64,000 nt of DNA from Bacteroidia bacterium (GTDB taxonomy: Bacteria > Bacteroidota > Bacteroidia > NS11-12g > UBA9320). Below the pieces are notes generated by a model, which was not told the DNA's origin, made no database searches, and saw nothing but the letters and a program-made list of their open reading frames with translations. The stretch lies in contig CBDCFW010000005.1 in assembly GCA_965216465.1 (NCBI GenBank), positions 672,001-736,000 of the forward strand. The letters run 5' to 3'. Both the position numbers and the translations under genes were made by a program. Position 1 is the first letter of the stretch, and every line of letters begins with the position of its first letter. This document shows positions 1 through 8,650 of this stretch, in pieces.

Positions 1-686
1 CCCTCTTGGCGCTGTGCAGCTAATAAAAGTTTAGCAACCATTTCCCAAGCGTCTTTACGATCACTTAGAATTAATCCTTCAATTAAGTCACTGCAAACCC
101 CGCCAATTTCATCCTCCCCATCGAGAATGTTGCTAATTCGGTCAAACAAAACTTTATCTCCTTTTTTAAGGGCAATACCAATTACGCGAGACAATATTCC
201 AGTGCTGAACTCCTGGTAAACGGAATAACGAATAATTTCATCTAACGGAAGCTTATAGGGGAAAATTTCTCCTCTATTAAAAAGGTCATATAGAAAAGAA
301 AGTTTTTTGGTGGTGTACGTGTCTGAGGGTTTACTTCTAAAAGGTCGTTTGTAATAATCGTTCTGGTAAGGGCCCAGATTCATCTCGTCCCACAAATCAG
401 CAATATGAATTCCGATATTAGGGCCGTAAAGTTTAGCGGCCAATGATTTTCCTTGACTGCTTTTCCATGGGTTAAACTTTGGGTCATTACCAAAATTCAA
501 TTTGTACATCTCCAGGGCATACTCATCATTGTACCCATAATATCCATCATCAGTACGAGTTAAATTGCCCGTTAATATTTTACCTAAAGTAATGTACTTG
601 CTTGATAAGGTCGCAAGACTAGACGTTCGAAATTTAGGAAGTTTACTTTCTGCTATTATTTTTTCTGCTTGTTCTATAGGTATCAT
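1..686 (-). CDS. N-terminal part of a large DUF4132/DUF5724-type protein (truncated by window edge)
   Basis: Not in the ORF track. ATG at 686 overlaps the upstream TGA (ATGA). Reads MIPIEQAEKII...LWDEMNLGPYQNDYYKRPFRS; the PYQ-x-x-Y-x-x-R-x-FR motif and the upstream partner gene fit this family as I recall it. Confidence 0.65.
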   Translation of the reverse strand, partial: MIPIEQAEKIIAESKLPKFRTSSLATLSSKYITLGKILTGNLTRTDDGYYGYNDEYALEMYKLNFGNDPKFNPWKSSQGKSLAAKLYGPNIGIHIADLWDEMNLGPYQNDYYKRPFRSKPSDTYTTKKLSFLYDLFNRGEIFPYKLPLDEIIRYSVYQEFSTGILSRVIGIALKKGDKVLFDRISNILDGEDEIGGVCSDLIEGLILSDRKDAWEMVAKLLLAAQRQE

Positions 687-1108
687 AATCTCCAGCGGGT
701 TCCGGTTAAAAATGTGAGGCGTATAAATGTTATTTCTGACTCGGGTTGCAGTGTAATATTTGAATCCAAAGTAATTTCTTCATCATCTAAAAAAATGGCA
801 AAAAGGCCATCTTTATGGGCTAGTAATGCAGCTTCAAGTGCTGTATCAGCATCAGCTTTTTGATCGTTAAAAATTGCCCCAAATGACACTTTTCCCATTT
901 CGGCTTGATCTTGAATTTCCGATGGAAGTAAAAAACCTGACACAAAAGGCTCATCTCGTTTCTTGTTGAAGCGCACTACTTCGGACCGAATGCAAGCTTC
1001 TACTAAATCAGCACCAGTACGAATTGCAAGGTCTGTTTCTAGCTGCACGGTATAAATCTTTTTCTTACCTAGCCTCTTTAGATGTAAAGTATGTCTAACC
1101 ACAGTCAA
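683..1108 (-). CDS. Small conserved protein usually found upstream of DUF4132 genes
   Basis: GKVSFGAIFN...AHKDGLFAIFLD...TFIRLTFLTG motifs; translationally coupled to the next gene. Confidence 0.65.
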   Translation of the reverse strand: MTVVRHTLHLKRLGKKKIYTVQLETDLAIRTGADLVEACIRSEVVRFNKKRDEPFVSGFLLPSEIQDQAEMGKVSFGAIFNDQKADADTALEAALLAHKDGLFAIFLDDEEITLDSNITLQPESEITFIRLTFLTGTRWRL

Positions 1109-1186
1109 AATGATTGAGTCTGCAATTTAATCATCTCTTGATAGAGATAAAATATGAAGTACAAAAAGTTTAGTTAAGCAAAAATC

Positions 1187-1651
1187 TTACTCCACCGACA
1201 AATTCAGCGGCATGCCATACGTTGATCTTACTGGTCGATCTCGTGCCTTTGCTGGAGTCCACATTCCCGAAGTTGATTGTATTACTCGAATTGCTTCATC
1301 TTCAATTCCATAACCGATTGGCTTTGAAGCGGTTCGTACATTGGAAACAGAACCATCTTTATTTACGGTCCATTCTAATTTTACAACCCCTCCCACGCCT
1401 GCAATAACCGCGGTGTCAGGATACTCAAAATTCTCGGCTATGTACAGCTGCAATCCGGAATGTCCATTTGGATTAAATTTGGCTTTCACCTCAATTTGAA
1501 ACATCTCAAAAACTTCTTCGTCAGCCTCAACTTCGTCTCGATCTATATACTTCAAATCAATCTCTTGCGAGTCATCTGTATCAGCAGAATCGGTTTGTGA
1601 AAAGCTATGAAATGAGAACAGGAGAAGTGAAAGAGTTATAAAATAGTTCAT
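1187..1651 (-). CDS. Energy transducer TonB C-terminal domain protein
   Basis: Signal peptide; YP..A...GV.G.V.L.W.VNKDG.VSN...GYGIEDEAIRVI...WTPA pattern of TonB_C. Confidence 0.85.
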   Translation of the reverse strand: MNYFITLSLLLFSFHSFSQTDSADTDDSQEIDLKYIDRDEVEADEEVFEMFQIEVKAKFNPNGHSGLQLYIAENFEYPDTAVIAGVGGVVKLEWTVNKDGSVSNVRTASKPIGYGIEDEAIRVIQSTSGMWTPAKARDRPVRSTYGMPLNLSVE

Positions 1652-1702
1652 GACTCAAATATAGCGAAGAAGAATCGAAGTCTCTTTTAGAACTCATTTG
1701 CA

Positions 1703-1710
1703 TACATTTG
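1703..1710 (+). promoter_or_regulatory. Bacteroidota -7 promoter element (TACATTTG)
   Basis: Exact TAnnTTTG 11 nt before ATG 1722. Confidence 0.6.
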
Positions 1711-1721
1711 TTTGTATCAAA

Positions 1722-2453
1722 ATGCGAACACTGGTATTACTGCTACTCTTTTCTGTATTTGTTGGATGTACTTCTCACAATCCTAAAAAATTAGATTTTG
1801 TTCAGACGAACACATTAGAACTGCACGATAGTAGTTCAAATCGAGACATTGACGTTGAGACCTACTTTGTTGACACCAGCAGACATGAAGGCCTTGTTAT
1901 TCTTAATGCAGGATATGGATGCAGCAACACTGAGTACAGTTATATTACGAAGCTTTTTGCTCAAGAAGGTTATCTTGTTGCTGCTATTCATCACGAGGCT
2001 GAACATGACCCTCCTCTTCCGATAGGAGATAGCATCTACGACAAAAGATTACCTTTCTGGCAACAAGGCGTATCGACTATTCAATTTGTTAAGTCATATT
2101 TTCAGCTTAAACAACACTCATTCCAGAAAGCAATACTTGTTGGGCACTCGAACGGAGGTGACATTGCTGCCCTCTATGCTACACTGTATTCAAATGAAGT
2201 TCAAGCACTTATCACTCTAGATCACCGTCGTGTTCCTCTCCCGCTCAACAGAGATTTTAAAACGTTATCGTTTCGAGGCTATGATTTTCCTGCGGATGAT
2301 GGTGTGATTCCCAATCCCGACCAATGTGAGGAATACAACATTTCCCTTTATTCTTTAGATAGTGTTGGCCACAACTTTATGCGTGATAATGGAAGTCGTA
2401 AAATGAAGAGAGAGGTTATAGCAGAGATTTCAAAACTTCTTGAATTTCAATAG
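1722..2453 (+). CDS. Alpha/beta hydrolase lipoprotein
   Basis: Lipobox FVGC; GHSNGG nucleophile elbow; start moved to ATG 1722. Confidence 0.8.
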   Translation: MRTLVLLLLFSVFVGCTSHNPKKLDFVQTNTLELHDSSSNRDIDVETYFVDTSRHEGLVILNAGYGCSNTEYSYITKLFAQEGYLVAAIHHEAEHDPPLPIGDSIYDKRLPFWQQGVSTIQFVKSYFQLKQHSFQKAILVGHSNGGDIAALYATLYSNEVQALITLDHRRVPLPLNRDFKTLSFRGYDFPADDGVIPNPDQCEEYNISLYSLDSVGHNFMRDNGSRKMKREVIAEISKLLEFQ

Positions 2454-2462
2454 TCTTCTCTC

Positions 2463-3584
2463 CTACTTCCACCACTCGTTTTGCGTAACCGATATGGTGT
2501 CTAATGCAATCACCTCACCAATAACCGGAGTAATGCAATCAATTGCCAATCTTTCGGCTTCAGCAGTACTTCTTTTTACCGGGTCATTCCAATCGTGCAT
2601 GGCCAAAGTGAAAGCTCCCCAATGGATAGGCATCATTACTTTAGCCTGCACATCCTTGGCTGCTTTGACAGATTCTTCCGGCATCATATGAATTTGATCC
2701 CAATTTTCATTGTATTGACCACACTCCATTAACGTGATATCAAACGGTCCATATTTATTTCCAATTTCCTCAAAATGAGGCCCATAACCACTATCTCCAC
2801 TAAAGAATATTTTGGTATTACTACCTTTTAACACCCACGACCCCCATAAGGTAGTATTGTTGTTGCCAATCTTTCTTCCCGAAAAGTGACGTGCGGGGGT
2901 AAATGCTATATCTATAGTCTCTAGCTTAGCTTCATCCCACCAATTAAACTCTTTTATACGATCTTCAGATACGCCCCATTTTTTTAAATGTGCACCAACT
3001 CCAAGAGGAACATAAAACATTTTCGTTTTAGCATTCAACTGCTTAATTGAACCATAGTCTAGATGATCGTAATGGTCATGCGAAATAATAATTAAATCGA
3101 CTTCTTGAAGTTCCTCGATCTCGACCGGTAATTCTTTTGAATATCTGCTTGCTCCTAAGGCGGGATGCGGTGCAGGTGTATTACCCAACATGGGGTCAAT
3201 CAAAATGGTCTTTTCATTCATTTTCAAGAGAAAAGCAGAATGTCCATACCACATAATTTGATCTGTGTTAGCACTATTCCAAGAAGCAGTATCAAGATCT
3301 TGCGTAGGAAGTTCTGATTGGGGAGACTTGTTAGGATTTCCTTTGATATACAGTTTCATCATCCTAACCATTGAACTCCAACTATAGTCTATAGAAGTCG
3401 GAATTAAGTTCTGAAATGTTCCATCAGCATAGTGGCCTGAATTTTCATATTTTACTACATCTTCTTTACTATGACTTCCACCAAACTGCGGAGCTGTATT
3501 CATATAAACAATGGTGAAAACAACTAAGGTTAGAAGTACAATTCCAAGTGTTATCATGGTTTTTTTAATTATTCTTTTAAACAT
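2463..3584 (-). CDS. MBL-fold metallo-hydrolase (NAPE-PLD/RomA-like)
   Basis: WYGHS, SHDHYDHLD, PARHFSGR, FSGDSGY, PIHWG motifs; N-terminal TM anchor. Confidence 0.9.
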   Translation of the reverse strand: MFKRIIKKTMITLGIVLLTLVVFTIVYMNTAPQFGGSHSKEDVVKYENSGHYADGTFQNLIPTSIDYSWSSMVRMMKLYIKGNPNKSPQSELPTQDLDTASWNSANTDQIMWYGHSAFLLKMNEKTILIDPMLGNTPAPHPALGASRYSKELPVEIEELQEVDLIIISHDHYDHLDYGSIKQLNAKTKMFYVPLGVGAHLKKWGVSEDRIKEFNWWDEAKLETIDIAFTPARHFSGRKIGNNNTTLWGSWVLKGSNTKIFFSGDSGYGPHFEEIGNKYGPFDITLMECGQYNENWDQIHMMPEESVKAAKDVQAKVMMPIHWGAFTLAMHDWNDPVKRSTAEAERLAIDCITPVIGEVIALDTISVTQNEWWK

Positions 3585-3585
3585 C

Positions 3586-4506
3586 TTAATTCAACAAGTT
3601 AGACCTATAATCATTGGGAGTTAATCCGGTTTTTTTCTTGAAAAGTCGACTGAAATAATGCGGGTAATTAAAACCTAGATCATAAGCTATTTCGCTGATG
3701 GTATCTTCACTATTTAACAACGATGTTTTTGCAAGGTTGATCACATGATCGTCGATGTGATCTTTAGTTGTCATCCCGGTCTCTTTGCGCAAAAGGTCGC
3801 TTAGATAATTGGTCGACAAATTCACTTGCTCAGCAAAATACTCTGGAGTTGGTGTTCCAAACTCTAGCTGCTTGTTCGACTTATAATACTCTTTAATCTT
3901 TGCTTCAACTTGACTAATTACATCTGAATGTGCATTAGTGCGGGTAATAAACTGGCGCTCATAAAATCTACGCGAGTAGTTTAAAAACAACTGTAAACTT
4001 GAAACCAAAACTTCTTGACTGTGCTTATCAATGTTTTCATTAAGCTCACCTTGAATTTGTTCGGCAATGCCAATCATTGTACGCTCTTCTTTCTCTGAAA
4101 GGTGTAAGGCTTCGTGCACATCGTAGCTGAAAAATGTATAATCATCAATTCTTCTGCCCAGTTCAAAGTTTCTAATCAAGTCTGGGTGAAACACCATCAT
4201 AAAGCCATAAGTGCTTTTCTGATAGGGGCCAGAAGTTGAAAACACTTGTTTGGGTGCTATGAACTGCAATACTCCTTCTTCAAAATCGAATTTGTTTCGT
4301 CCATATTGCATACCGCAATTCCCATCCTTCATAAAGATGGTATAGAGTTCTGAAACCACTTTAACATCCTCAAAAGCTTCAATATCCAGTTGATCTATTT
4401 GTTGAATATCGATTACGCCAATTAAAGGGTGTTTGGGCTTATCCCAACCAAACATTTTAAACAGTTGTGAGATGGATTCTACGCGAATGATGTTGTTCTC
4501 TTTCAT
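3586..4506 (-). CDS. AraC-family transcriptional regulator
   Basis: C-terminal double HTH (ISEIAYDLGFNYPHYFSRLFKKKTG); ATG 4506 lies downstream of TACCTTTG at 4529-4522. Confidence 0.9.
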   Translation of the reverse strand: MKENNIIRVESISQLFKMFGWDKPKHPLIGVIDIQQIDQLDIEAFEDVKVVSELYTIFMKDGNCGMQYGRNKFDFEEGVLQFIAPKQVFSTSGPYQKSTYGFMMVFHPDLIRNFELGRRIDDYTFFSYDVHEALHLSEKEERTMIGIAEQIQGELNENIDKHSQEVLVSSLQLFLNYSRRFYERQFITRTNAHSDVISQVEAKIKEYYKSNKQLEFGTPTPEYFAEQVNLSTNYLSDLLRKETGMTTKDHIDDHVINLAKTSLLNSEDTISEIAYDLGFNYPHYFSRLFKKKTGLTPNDYRSNLLN

Positions 4507-4521
4507 GCTCCTTTGTTGAGA

Positions 4522-4583
4522 CAAAGGTAGAGTTCCGAATGTTATAGAGATAACACAAATTACAGATGGTTGAACACAATTAC
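4522..4583 (-). promoter_or_regulatory. Promoter with 21-bp-period direct repeat (probable AraC autoregulatory site)
   Basis: AACACAAATTAC (4552) and AACACAATTAC (4573) on + strand; -7 element TACCTTTG on - strand. Confidence 0.6.
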
Positions 4584-4684
4584 CTTGTGAGGCCTATTTA
4601 AGTTCGCTGCGTTAAGGGGTCAAACAACCATGGTAAGAGAGACACAACTGGCACTTAAGTACCTTTTATAACGAAATCATAGCA

Positions 4685-4740
4685 CAAAAAAAATACTCCT
4701 CTCAATGATCAGGGTTAACTGATATTGAGAAGAGTATTTG
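4685..4740 (-). terminator. Long intrinsic terminator hairpin
   Basis: AAATACTCCTCTCAAT-GATCAG...CTGAT-ATTGAGAAGAGTATTT inverted repeat; T-run follows on - strand, downstream of the 832-aa gene. Confidence 0.75.
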
Positions 4741-4793
4741 ACTTTACCCGATTAATCAGGTTTAGTTAATAGCCTATACTATTCTATCAATAG

Positions 4794-7292
4794 TTAGTCT
4801 ACTTGCAATAGCATCGTTTTAGCAGAATACTTGCTGCTTATTCTTAAGGTGTATAAACCAGCTCTAACTTCGTTAGTAGTCGCTTCACATGATCCAACTC
4901 CGTTCCAAGTGCTGATGATAGTTCCTTTCATGTCGATTAACTCAACAGTAATTTCATCGTCACTTTCAGTAGTTTTCACTACGAAGTTTCCTCTTGTTGG
5001 GTTTGGATATACAATTACATCAAGCTCGCTCTCCATCTCAACAGCTACAACGTTTGAGTAAGAGTACTGACCGTCAAAGTCAATTTGCTTAATTCTGTAG
5101 TATACATTTCCGCTTTGAGGTGCATTTGCATCAAGGAATCCGTACTTCAAGATTGATACTGAGTTACCAGCTCCAAGAACTTCACCAATTTTAGTGAATT
5201 CTTCACCGTTAACCATTCTTTCAACTTCGAACAATTCGTTGTTTACCTCAGTAGCTGTACTCCATTCTACAAGTACATTACCGTTATCAAGTCCTTTAGC
5301 TTTTACATTAACAAACTCAACAGGAACCTGACCAATCCACCAGTATCTAAGAGTTGCTGGAGTTTCATCAGTTAAACATGCGTTATCAGTAATAGTATAA
5401 GAAACTTGTACCTCATCGTCTGCATACACTTCGAATGACATTAATGACTGATCGAAGTTGTTAATAGTATAAGGTAACATCGCAGCAGTGATGTGAGTAC
5501 CGTTATAGTACAATTCGTTACTATCGTTAAGTGCAAGACCAGTAATTGTAATGCTGTCTAAAGTTGCATTTTGGTTTCCATCTTCGTTATCAGTTGAAGC
5601 AAAGTCATCTGTAGTTCCAAATCCGTGTCCAAATCCAACAGTTACAGTACCACCGTAAACTGGCTTAGCAATTTGGAAGTCTCCACCTGAAGTTTCAGGA
5701 CGTTTGTTGATTCCAAAGTTTGCGTTAGAAATATCTGTGTTCGTGATTGTAATTGTAAGTGATCCGTTTGGACTTCCGTCGTCACCAGCAGCTGCACCAA
5801 TGTTTTCACCAGTGAACGCCCAGTTAGTTGGTAGTCCAGCACTGTTTCCAGTAGATCCAATTGAAGGAGCTGAAGTCATAACAATTGCAGTATAAGTTCC
5901 TGCTAAGTGACATCCTAGGTCATATGAACCGCTACCATCTACTGAAGTAACAGCAACAACTTCATCGCTTCCGTTAACTAATACAGTATACAATTGGTTT
6001 CCGTCAGCAGATCCAATTCCAGTACCACTAACCAATGTGTTGTGGCAAAGTCCGTCAGCGTCGTTAAAGATATTACCTGTAACAGCGTTACCAATAACTA
6101 CTGTAGCTGTGTCGTATTGCGTACAACCTGTTCTTGGGCTGTAAGTATATTCTACTAAATAAGTACCGTTTGCGTTCGCACCCGCAGATAATTCTCCAGT
6201 TGAAGAGTTAACAGTAACGTGTCCGTTGTTAGGTGAAAGTAGAGTAAAAGTTCCTCCGTCAGTATGAGATGGACCATTGTTAGTTGCACTATAGCTTGCA
6301 CCAGCACATAACAGACTTCCGTAATCGATCATCGCTTGACCAACGTTTAATTCTAGTTGGTAAGGTTGAGTTAAATCTTTAAGCGTTGCAGTAGGTGAAC
6401 TTGAAGCTTTAGTTTTTAAGAACATAGTCTCAAAGAATAAGCTAGTACAAGGATCAGCAACAATAGACCCGTTGATTACTTCAGTTAAGTTAATTGCGAT
6501 TTCCACAAATTGCTTAGTAGTATACGTTGTGTCTCCAAATGCACCATAAGGTACATCTACCGTTCCGTTACTTGAAACACCAAATGCGTTTCCTGAAGGA
6601 ATAGTAAAAGCTTGCCAATCGTAGCCACAAGATGCACCTGCATCAGCTACCCATCGGTAGAAGTAAATGCTGTCAACAACACCACCATTGGTGTACTCAA
6701 CAGTAATTAAAATGTCTCCAACTGTTCTACCACAATCAGTTGCTGCTGTGGTAAATGATCCAGATGAAGATCCAGAAGGTGCTACTGCTTCTAGCTTTTC
6801 TTGTAAAAATTCAAAGTCAAGGTAGCTTGTACCGTTAACCGATGCACGGTCAGCGGCCACAACAGCCCAAAGGTCACCTGTAGTCGCCTCAGCAATGTGA
6901 ATGTTTGTGTTGTTTACATCATTCTTTGCTGGCACACTTCCAGTTCCCCAACTCCAAGTTGTAGGGTCCTCGTTAAATTTTGCACCTCCACTGAAAACAT
7001 CGTCGTTCGATGAATTTCCCCACGCATCTGTAGTGTGGAAGTTTAATTCGTAAGCCTTTGCAACACCGTTATCATAAATTAGATAGCCACTGTCGTTACC
7101 ATTTGTTTGGCTTCCTCTAGACCAGTCACCTGCTGTAGAAGATTGTCTTTCAACGTAGCCATCAATGTTAAATGGCAGACCAATCGAATTTAACGACGGA
7201 GTGGTTGTTGATTGTGCAAAGATTAAATTTGGAAAGATTGTTGACGTTAGGATCATGCCTATACTCGTCAAACCAAGTAATAAGTTCTTCAT
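4794..7292 (-). CDS. Large T9SS type-A cargo protein (unknown N-terminal domain, SdrD_B-like and Ig-like domains, CTD)
   Basis: Signal peptide; VTGNIFNDADG; VPVEFV...WSTATEVNN...YYRIKQIDFDG Ig-like module; VYPNPT CTD. Confidence 0.85.
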   Translation of the reverse strand: MKNLLLGLTSIGMILTSTIFPNLIFAQSTTTPSLNSIGLPFNIDGYVERQSSTAGDWSRGSQTNGNDSGYLIYDNGVAKAYELNFHTTDAWGNSSNDDVFSGGAKFNEDPTTWSWGTGSVPAKNDVNNTNIHIAEATTGDLWAVVAADRASVNGTSYLDFEFLQEKLEAVAPSGSSSGSFTTAATDCGRTVGDILITVEYTNGGVVDSIYFYRWVADAGASCGYDWQAFTIPSGNAFGVSSNGTVDVPYGAFGDTTYTTKQFVEIAINLTEVINGSIVADPCTSLFFETMFLKTKASSSPTATLKDLTQPYQLELNVGQAMIDYGSLLCAGASYSATNNGPSHTDGGTFTLLSPNNGHVTVNSSTGELSAGANANGTYLVEYTYSPRTGCTQYDTATVVIGNAVTGNIFNDADGLCHNTLVSGTGIGSADGNQLYTVLVNGSDEVVAVTSVDGSGSYDLGCHLAGTYTAIVMTSAPSIGSTGNSAGLPTNWAFTGENIGAAAGDDGSPNGSLTITITNTDISNANFGINKRPETSGGDFQIAKPVYGGTVTVGFGHGFGTTDDFASTDNEDGNQNATLDSITITGLALNDSNELYYNGTHITAAMLPYTINNFDQSLMSFEVYADDEVQVSYTITDNACLTDETPATLRYWWIGQVPVEFVNVKAKGLDNGNVLVEWSTATEVNNELFEVERMVNGEEFTKIGEVLGAGNSVSILKYGFLDANAPQSGNVYYRIKQIDFDGQYSYSNVVAVEMESELDVIVYPNPTRGNFVVKTTESDDEITVELIDMKGTIISTWNGVGSCEATTNEVRAGLYTLRISSKYSAKTMLLQVD

Positions 7293-7357
7293 ATAAATAA
7301 ATTAATAGGTTATTAAAAAAGTTAAATACTAATCGGTGGTCCTTCGATCACCGAGTA

Positions 7358-7365
7358 CAAAGGTA
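7358..7365 (-). promoter_or_regulatory. -7 promoter element TACCTTTG, followed by a 5' hairpin (7333-7354)
   Basis: Exact consensus; TCGGTG...CACCGA stem immediately downstream. Confidence 0.6.
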
Positions 7366-7468
7366 GAATAATTGATCGCTCGAATTCAAATAATTCAACA
7401 AGATTTCTGAAATATACCACCAGACATAATTCATAACTATTTAACTTTTAAGTATTTACGATTTTTTC

Positions 7469-7484
7469 TACCCCCACGGGGGTA
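7469..7484. promoter_or_regulatory. Perfect palindrome TACCCCC-AC-GGGGGTA, candidate operator
   Basis: 7-bp GC-rich arms in a very AT-rich intergenic region. Confidence 0.45.
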
Positions 7485-7653
7485 TATGGTGATTTTTACT
7501 TAAAACAAGCGTATTTTGAAACATCTCTAAAATCTCCTGGACTACTTTTTGAGTAGAATTTAGAGCTAAAAACACCTGCTTTGAGCGTTAATTTTAGCCA
7601 TCAAAATTTTAGATGTTACTAAGATATTTGATTAAAATCTGTTTAATAAGTTG

Positions 7654-8373
7654 CTAATCCCATCCTCCTGAGAATCTTCCTAGCTCATCCCATTGTCCAT
7701 TGTAGTACTCAAAACCAGTACTAATAATTAAAGAGCCACCTCTGTTTTTCTTGTCCATTCTGAAGTCTACGTCATAATTTAGGCTGACATATGCTAAGCG
7801 TAAACTATCTCCAGTGTTATTCCACGCTGTTACTGAACTTCCTAGAGGCAATAAGGGACAGTACACCAATTCTCCCTTTTCTTGATTGCTGTATTGAACA
7901 CCTTGTATTGTAAATGATTCGGTAATGCTAATCCCAGTGTCAGAGTGAACCTGAAACTTTTCTTTGTTTTCATGTTTATAGAATTGGAAGGTATCTAACC
8001 CATTGCTCCGTACTAGTGTTAATACAATATCAAGTTCCGAAAAACCAGAATTTAATTCTGACACACCACAGAAGTTTTGCGTTATACGTTCTTCAATTCT
8101 GTTATCTCCTTGTTGCTCTGTAAATATTGAATCTCGGGCTTTCGTCAGATTCTCAACCATAGAACGGGTCCATGATTCTAGTGTTTTTACATCAGCACTG
8201 TCCTCTTCAAGATATTGGAGTTCGGGCAGGGTATAGTCGTGATTCGATCCAAAAAACTCGGAGTCAAATTCTTCTTGAAATGAAGGAGGCTCTGAATCTG
8301 AGCACGAAGACCCTATTATTACTAAAAACAAAACTGCTAGTAACTTAATGTGTATATACTCTCTTATTTTCAT
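7654..8373 (-). CDS. Hypothetical lipoprotein
   Basis: Hydrophobic signal ending GSSC; no recognisable domain. Confidence 0.7.
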   Translation of the reverse strand: MKIREYIHIKLLAVLFLVIIGSSCSDSEPPSFQEEFDSEFFGSNHDYTLPELQYLEEDSADVKTLESWTRSMVENLTKARDSIFTEQQGDNRIEERITQNFCGVSELNSGFSELDIVLTLVRSNGLDTFQFYKHENKEKFQVHSDTGISITESFTIQGVQYSNQEKGELVYCPLLPLGSSVTAWNNTGDSLRLAYVSLNYDVDFRMDKKNRGGSLIISTGFEYYNGQWDELGRFSGGWD

Positions 8374-8432
8374 AATGTTGATTTATAATTTTAGCAAGCG
8401 ACGTTAAATGAGGCTTGCAATTTAACATGGTT

Positions 8433-8498
8433 CAAAGAAAGTACATGGTTCATTTAACGATGCGGAGCATCGTAACAGATGATTGAACTATTGTAACA
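8433..8498 (-). promoter_or_regulatory. Regulated promoter P1 (TGTTACAAT direct-repeat box plus CTTTG)
   Basis: TGTTACAATAGTTCAATCATCTGTTACGAT...CTTTG; 66-nt span identical to P2 and P3. Confidence 0.7.
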
Positions 8499-8576
8499 AC
8501 TACCAAATCTGAAAGTTCCGAAGATCAAAAAGTTTTACTGCACAATACACCGCTAATCAGCCCAATTTAATAGGGT

Positions 8577-8642
8577 TGTTACAATTGTCCAAGTATTTGA
8601 AATGATAGTCCAAAAGCTACTTCTTGTATTGCATGAGCTTTG
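8577..8642 (+). promoter_or_regulatory. Regulated promoter P2
   Basis: TGTTACAATTGTCCAAGTATTTGAAATGAT...CTTTG; 66-nt span. Confidence 0.7.
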
Positions 8643-8650
8643 AAGTAATT

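Noticed and set aside
2463-3584. Metallo-beta-lactamase resistance gene
   Set aside because: Motifs fit the NAPE-PLD/RomA-like branch rather than B1-B3 beta-lactamases
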